From assembly GCA_965153355.1 (NCBI GenBank), contig OZ231126.1:47368001-47432000 (forward strand): DNA of 64,000 nt, read 5' to 3'. Of the stretch, positions 58,290 to 64,000 are shown piece by piece. Positions within the stretch are counted from its first letter, which is position 1. Every line of letters starts with the position of its first letter. This stretch comes from Flaccisagitta enflata (Eukaryota). The translations under genes were made by a program, and so were the position numbers. Below the pieces are notes generated by a model that saw nothing but the letters and a program-made list of their open reading frames with translations, did no database searches and was not told the origin of the DNA.

Positions 58290-59384
58290 CAGTAGATCTC
58301 GTCTAGACTTGAGATAACGGGGGCAAGCACTATGGAAGAACAAATAAAACTAGAGGGCTGATATTTGGAATATAAACTAACAAAGGAATAATTTATTCCC
58401 CATGATACTTGTTGAAACACTTTCCATTTATGCTAAAATATCAATATTTTGAGAAATGTTTTGAGGGAACATTGCTTAAAAAAATCAGTTTTCCCACAGT
58501 ATGTTCTGTAAGAATACTGTGGCCGTTGCTAGGAGCGATCCATGTGTGACAACCCCTAGCAACCGCTAAACGAGCAACATTCTTACAGAACATACTGTGG
58601 GAAAGTTGTAGCAAATTTGATTTTAAGCAATGTTCCTTCAAAAAATTTCTCAAAATATTGATACTTTAGCGTAAATACATGGAAATGCGTTTCCATGGCA
58701 ACCAACTATCATGGGCAATAAATCATTATTTAATTAGTCTACACCGTCTTCGGATCGGACTGTGAAATGCAAAACCTTTATAGCTCCTAAACTACTAGGA
58801 AAAAAGTCATGAAATTTTCAATGAATATTGGTAACATGTGACGGTTTTTGCATGTCAAAGCTCAGATCATAGTATAGAAAAGGTGAGGGGAAAACAAAAT
58901 ATTGAAAGAACATCCATTTTTAGGCAAAATTGCTTTTTTTTACCTGTTTTTTTGAAAAGTGCTATTTTCTTTTCTAAAAATATGTAGCAAATCGATAATA
59001 TATTGGTTAACATCTCTCATCAAAAATAAATCCTAGAGTTTTTGTGGAAAAGCAAAGCAATTTCAAGCAGATCAAGACAACTCCATCATAGGAAAATAAA
59101 GAAAAATGTATCTTGATTAAAAATAGGTTTTCTTTCATTATTTTTTTTTCCACCTCACCTTTTCTATATTATGATATGAGCTTTTACATTAAAAAACCGT
59201 CACATGTTACTAATATTCACTGAAAATTTCATGACTTTTTTCCTAGTGGTTTAGAAGCTATAAAGGTTTTGCATTTCACAGTCCGATCTAAAGACGGTGT
59301 ATATTCCAAATATCAATCCCCTGGCTTCATTTGTTAATCTACGATGCTTGCCCCCGTTATCTCAAGTCTATACGAGATCTACTG
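58290..59384. mobile_element. Palindromic Tc1/mariner-type MITE (TA TSD) carrying a nested MITE
   Basis: TA|CAGTAGATCTCGTCTAGACTTGAGATAACGGGGGCAAGCA ... TGCTTGCCCCCGTTATCTCAAGTCTATACGAGATCTACTG|TA. Confidence 0.85.
58742..59299. mobile_element. Nested MITE with ~150-bp TIRs and TA TSD
   Basis: TA|CACCGTCTTCGGATCGGACTGTGAAATGC ... GCATTTCACAGTCCGATCTAAAGACGGTG|TA. Confidence 0.85.
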
Positions 59385-60812
59385 TATCTCTGACCTTTCC
59401 CAGAAACAGAAGCACAAAATAGTGTCATGATACCTGGTGAGCAGGGTCGAGCGGGCGATGTACCTTATACCATCATCAAAAGACCGGATACACGGCTACC
59501 GAAGTCGCGCGCGGGTGGGCAGGGGCCATATTTGAGGTCACAGGACCATTTTGGCAGGAGCAGTGAGGTCAAAGAAATAAAATCATAAAAAAAGTAAAGT
59601 GTGACCGACCAACCGACCTACCGACCAACCGACCAACCGACGGACAAAGCGGGTAGTAGAGTCGCGTGCACGCGACTAAAAATAGGTTCTTTATATCCAT
59701 TCACTTACATCTGCAACCAGCTGCAACTGCGTCTAGCTTGAACGAGTTTAGAAAATTAATTTCTATTATTCTAATAGAACAAGGCCGGATACACGGCAAT
59801 CCAGTCGCGGACGGTTGGGCAGGAGCAGTAATGCGAAAACCGCTCGGAATTCAAAAATGTTACCGACGGACCAACAGACTGACGGACGGACCGACGGACG
59901 GACTGACCGACACGGCAAGGTGTAGAGTCGCGTGTCCGCGACTAAAAAAAAGACTGGGCAAATCTGATTGTTTCCACAGTCACCTAGGTATGAAATAGAA
60001 GAACTCTTTTCTTCAAGGTAAAGAAATTTTCTTCCATAGGAAGTTAGCGATAAACTCAGTTGCGCATAGGAACTTTTGCAAATACAACTGATACAGAACC
60101 GCATCATTTTTGCATTCTCATTTTTTCATCATGACTCAATCAATGATCAAATACATGCACTTAAGATTTTAGTTGGGGCGTCTATCTATCTTCACGGAGG
60201 TCTTTGAATATTTTGCTGGGGTAGCCGGTTCACTTGGCACACTGTGCCCTGTGAGGACCTAGTTTTTAGGGACATCAAGGGTTCAAAACGCTCCAAAACT
60301 AAGAATATTACAGTTACTGTTACAGTTACTGTTACAGTTATCAATATTTCACTAGTATGTTCACTAGTAGTGAATGATGATTTTATGAAACACTGCATGG
60401 CCTAACGGTAGTTACTCGGAAAAAATGCCTCGGCATAACGGCCCATACTGGGTGATAGTATGGACCCTCCCCATCACATCCACACTAAGAGCCAAATGTT
60501 CTACTTGGAAATTAGGCCAAAATGGCCTAATATGGCTATTTCTCAGGTCATTTTGGCTTTTCCATGGGGTTTGCGGCACTTTTTTTTGGTTTGACTGGAT
60601 TTTTTTCTCTCAAACTGATGCTAAAGGGGGTTTTATCACCCTGTGGATACATATCAGGCCAAAGCAAGAAAAAAACCCGGTCCAATTGACCTTATATGAC
60701 CTATTTTAGGACATTTTTCAGGCCAAAAACCCATTTTATTGATTCTCAAGCATTGTTGTGATTTTTGTTGTTGTTGTTGTTGTTGTTGTTATTGTTGTTG
60801 TTGTTGTTGTTT

Positions 60813-60868
<56 letters not shown>

Positions 60869-61442
60869 TTTGTTGTTGTTATTGTTGTTGTTGTTATTGT
60901 TGTTATTGTTGTTGTTGTTATTGTTGTTTTTCTGGGGCAGCAGCTCTGAGGGGGTTAATGACTTGTGTTTTCACACATATCACATATGGGGAATTTTCTC
61001 CTTCTCCTCATTCGCCCCCCCCCTGTCTCAAACTCAAGGCCCAAATACCAGCCTCAAAGCTCTAATACCAGTCTTGAGGCCCAAATCCTAGCTTTGAGGC
61101 CCAAATCCCAGCCTTCAGGTTCAAATCCCAGCCTCGCGGCCCAAATCCTAGCCTCAAAGCCCAAATTCCAACCTTGTGGCCAAATTCAAGCCTCAAAGCC
61201 CAAATCGCAGCTTGAAGACATAAATCGTAGCTTGAAGGCCTTAATCCTAGAGAAGAATCAAGAAGGAGAAGGATAAAATTCCCCATACGTGTGAAAGAAT
61301 GGGTCATTGAACCCTTTTGGGCCGCTGCCCTGCTCCCTCCCTCAGCTTCAATCACAGCCATCATTAGCAGGGCACATGTACCACTGACCATCTAACATTT
61401 TTGCAACTGTTGTTGTGGTTGTTGTTGTTGTTGTTGTTGTTT

Positions 61443-61474
<32 letters not shown>

Positions 61475-62597
61475 GCTGTTGCTGTTGTAGTTGTTTTTTC
61501 TGTTATTGTTAGCTGTACATCATAGCGAGAATCCCACTTCCATTCTTATGATGCAGTATGTGTATTTCATTTTTAGTTGCGTGCTATGCGACTCTATAAG
61601 CCACTTTTCGGTTGGTCCATTGGTCCATCTGTCGGTCCTTATGTCACAAAACTGTTTTATATGCTTTCTGATGTGCTTTTAATGTCTCTAAATGGTAGAA
61701 AAGAAACTTAGAAAAGTGAATGACCATTTCAAATGTCTTCTTGAAAAAAATAACTGTTTGTCTGTCCGCCTGACTTTTTTTAAAATGCCGATGCACGTAA
61801 CTTAGGTCTAATGACCTTGTTGAGTTTTGTTTTTCAAAAATTATCCAGACACAAATCTTCATTACATTGCGGGTGGGCCTGGGCAGTGATGAACAAAACA
61901 TCTGAGGCCTGCACATGATCAGTGGCACCTGTTGCCCTTTTTGGGGTGTTTAGGTGATGTGAGGTGAGAGCAGGATAGTGGCCCCAAAGGGCTGATGTTG
62001 AGTAGAACATTGGGGTGAATTTGCATACATCCAGGAAAGAGGTTAGGGGTCGCAGCAGTGATCTGCATGGGGGCTCTAGGCCTGAGAGGAATGATTTGAG
62101 ACCTGTTAGGACTGATTTTAGGCTAAAGAGTCGAGATTTCAGCCCTCAGTAGGCTGGACTGGGGCCCAAGACCTTGGGGGCGGACTGATTGACGGACGGA
62201 TGGATGGATAGATGAATGGATGGATGTGTGGATGTTCACCCCTGTGTTCTACCGGACAATGGCCCTTTGGGGCTGCTACCCAAAAAGGCTTACCAAATTT
62301 TTGGGAAGAAGCAGTAATGCCAAAAATTCCCTCAAAAGCCAAAAAAACTAAGCATTACCAACTGACCGACTGACAAACTGACTGGCGGACAAAGCGGGTT
62401 GCAGAATCGCATTCACGCAACTAAAAACAAGTTCTGACATTGAGTGCTTTTACAGAATTACTCTGCCATTGGAATTTCAATGAAGGTTTTTTAGTTGCGT
62501 GCTACGCGACTCTACTGCCCGCTATGTCGGTCCGTCGGTTGGTTGGTTGGTTGGTTGGTTGGTCCCCTTTTACTTTTTCGGCGTTTTTGAGCTTTTT

Positions 62598-63246
62598 GGG
62601 CAGCGGCCCCAAAGGCCCGATGTCCTGTAGGACACAGGGGTGAATTTCCATACGTCCGTCCGTACGTCTGTCCGTCCCCCCCTTCGAAGCTTCTCAAGCC
62701 TCTCAGGCCTCAAATCTGGTCTCTCAGGCCTCAAATCTGGCCTCTCAAGCCTCAAATCTGGCCTCTCAGGCCTCAAATCCAGCCTCTGGGGCCTCAAATC
62801 CAGCCTCTCAGGCATCAAATCCAGCCTCTCAGGCCTCAGATCCAGCCTCTGGGGCCTCAAATCCAGCCTCTGGGGCCTCAAATCCAGCCTCTCACACCTC
62901 AAATCCAGCCTTTTGGGCCTCATATCCAGCCTCTTGGGCCTCATATCCAGCCTCTTGGGCCCCATATCCAGCCTCTTGGGCCCTAAATTCAGCCTCTCAG
63001 GCCTCAAATTACCATTGAATACCATAGCAAAATGTCAAAAAATTGAAAAAAATGCATAATTCCTAGTTAATATCACGGAAAATTACCCCAAATATGCCCT
63101 CTCAGGACGTATGGAAATTCACCCCTGTGTCCTACAGGACATCGGCCCTTTGGGGCCGCTGCCCTGCGTTCACTCCACTTCTTCAGCTAATCACTCCAAG
63201 CAGGGCATCGGGTACCGCTGACCATGTGGGATCCTTGGATGACTTG
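62598..63246 (+). mobile_element. Full-length HINE family B element inserted in the T-run of a family A element (62487-63344)
   Basis: GGGCAGCGGCCCC / GGGGCCGCTGCCC sub-TIRs, (GTCC)n, 21-bp array (GGCCTCAAATCCAGCCTCTCA)n; uninterrupted host sequence GAGCTTTTTGAGCCTACTGC at 4421-4440. Confidence 0.8.
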
Positions 63247-64000
63247 TTGAGCATACTGCTCCTGCCCAGATGCCCTACTGAGCTTCTCCAGCACTGCTCC
63301 TGCCCACCTGAACGCGACTAGGATAGCCGTGTATCCGGCCTTGTTTGATTAGTACTAGTGACTCTATGACCATGTGTTTGGTCGTGAGTTCATGACTATA
63401 TGGTATATGGTATCAGTTGGTTGGTCTGTCAGTACATTCTTACTATCCATTTTTAAGATAACAATATATTCACTAAGGCTAAGGTGATTATTATGTCTTA
63501 AGTGACAAATTGATAAATAGTCTCTTCAATGTCATTTCTGCCAGAAAAAGGCTGGAGAAGACAAATCAAGGCCGTGTACATGGCCAATAAGTAGTCAATG
63601 GTAGGTGGGCAGGGGCAGTTATGTTGATGGGCAGGGGCAGTTGGGGGCAGGATGGGGCTGTGATGTGGATTGGCAGGAGCAGCAGTGCTCAGAAACCACA
63701 TTTTGCCTCCTTCCAAATTTTGCGTTACAGCAGACCTTCTTTCCAACTTACACAGCCTCTTATAGAGTCACTTAGCCAGCGACTAAGGATTGTCAGAAAT
63801 CTGGCCACATCGGTGTATCTAGAGTTTTAGACCAGATTATTAGTTGGGCAAACCGAACATGCATTTGTCCAGTAAGCACACCACCGGGCTAATAGTCCTG
63901 GATAAAAAAAACTGATACCAAATTGTTGTCAAATTCTTCATACCTGCAAACTTGTTTTTTTAAAATGAAAAACATGTTTATTAGGCCAAATTAGGTCATT

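Noticed and set aside
62570-63059. Heptad-repeat ORFs (RPERLDL / SSLSGLK), also at 12316-12786 and 60965-61391
   Set aside because: Products of the 21-bp tandem array inside a non-autonomous element; copies are not frame-conserved

Overview
Repeat-rich, AT-rich eukaryotic DNA, most likely from an invertebrate animal, with GT-AG intron/exon genes broken up by transposon relics. There is no CRISPR array, rRNA or intact transposase. Most ORFs in the supplied track are translations of microsatellites or tandem repeats. Coding content read by eye: (1) three internal exons of an alkaline phosphatase on + (11420-14307), with no 5' or 3' exons found and the last exon cut off by a Helentron-type element; (2) a 7-exon neprilysin/M13-like type II membrane gene on - (28023-19991) that appears to stop at about 258 aa, before the catalytic HExxH domain; (3) three degraded minus-strand segments resembling glycosyltransferase family 92 (about 28.6-29.5, 40.1-40.3 and 46.7-49.0 kb); (4) several phase-consistent terminal exons of unidentified minus-strand genes (2.3-2.9 and 9.1-10.7 kb). 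The mobile DNA comprises roughly 35 or more DINE-1/HINE-like non-autonomous Helentron copies, a second such family with a 21-bp central array, many MITEs (TA, 8-bp and 9-bp TSDs), a Transib-like inverted-repeat element with CACWGTG heptamers, and a 3.3-kb foldback element. The foldback has CACGG termini and a 4-bp TSD (Chapaev-like), arms built of ~162-bp tandem units, and its empty target site survives about 320 bp upstream. All protein family calls come from motif recognition, not database searches.
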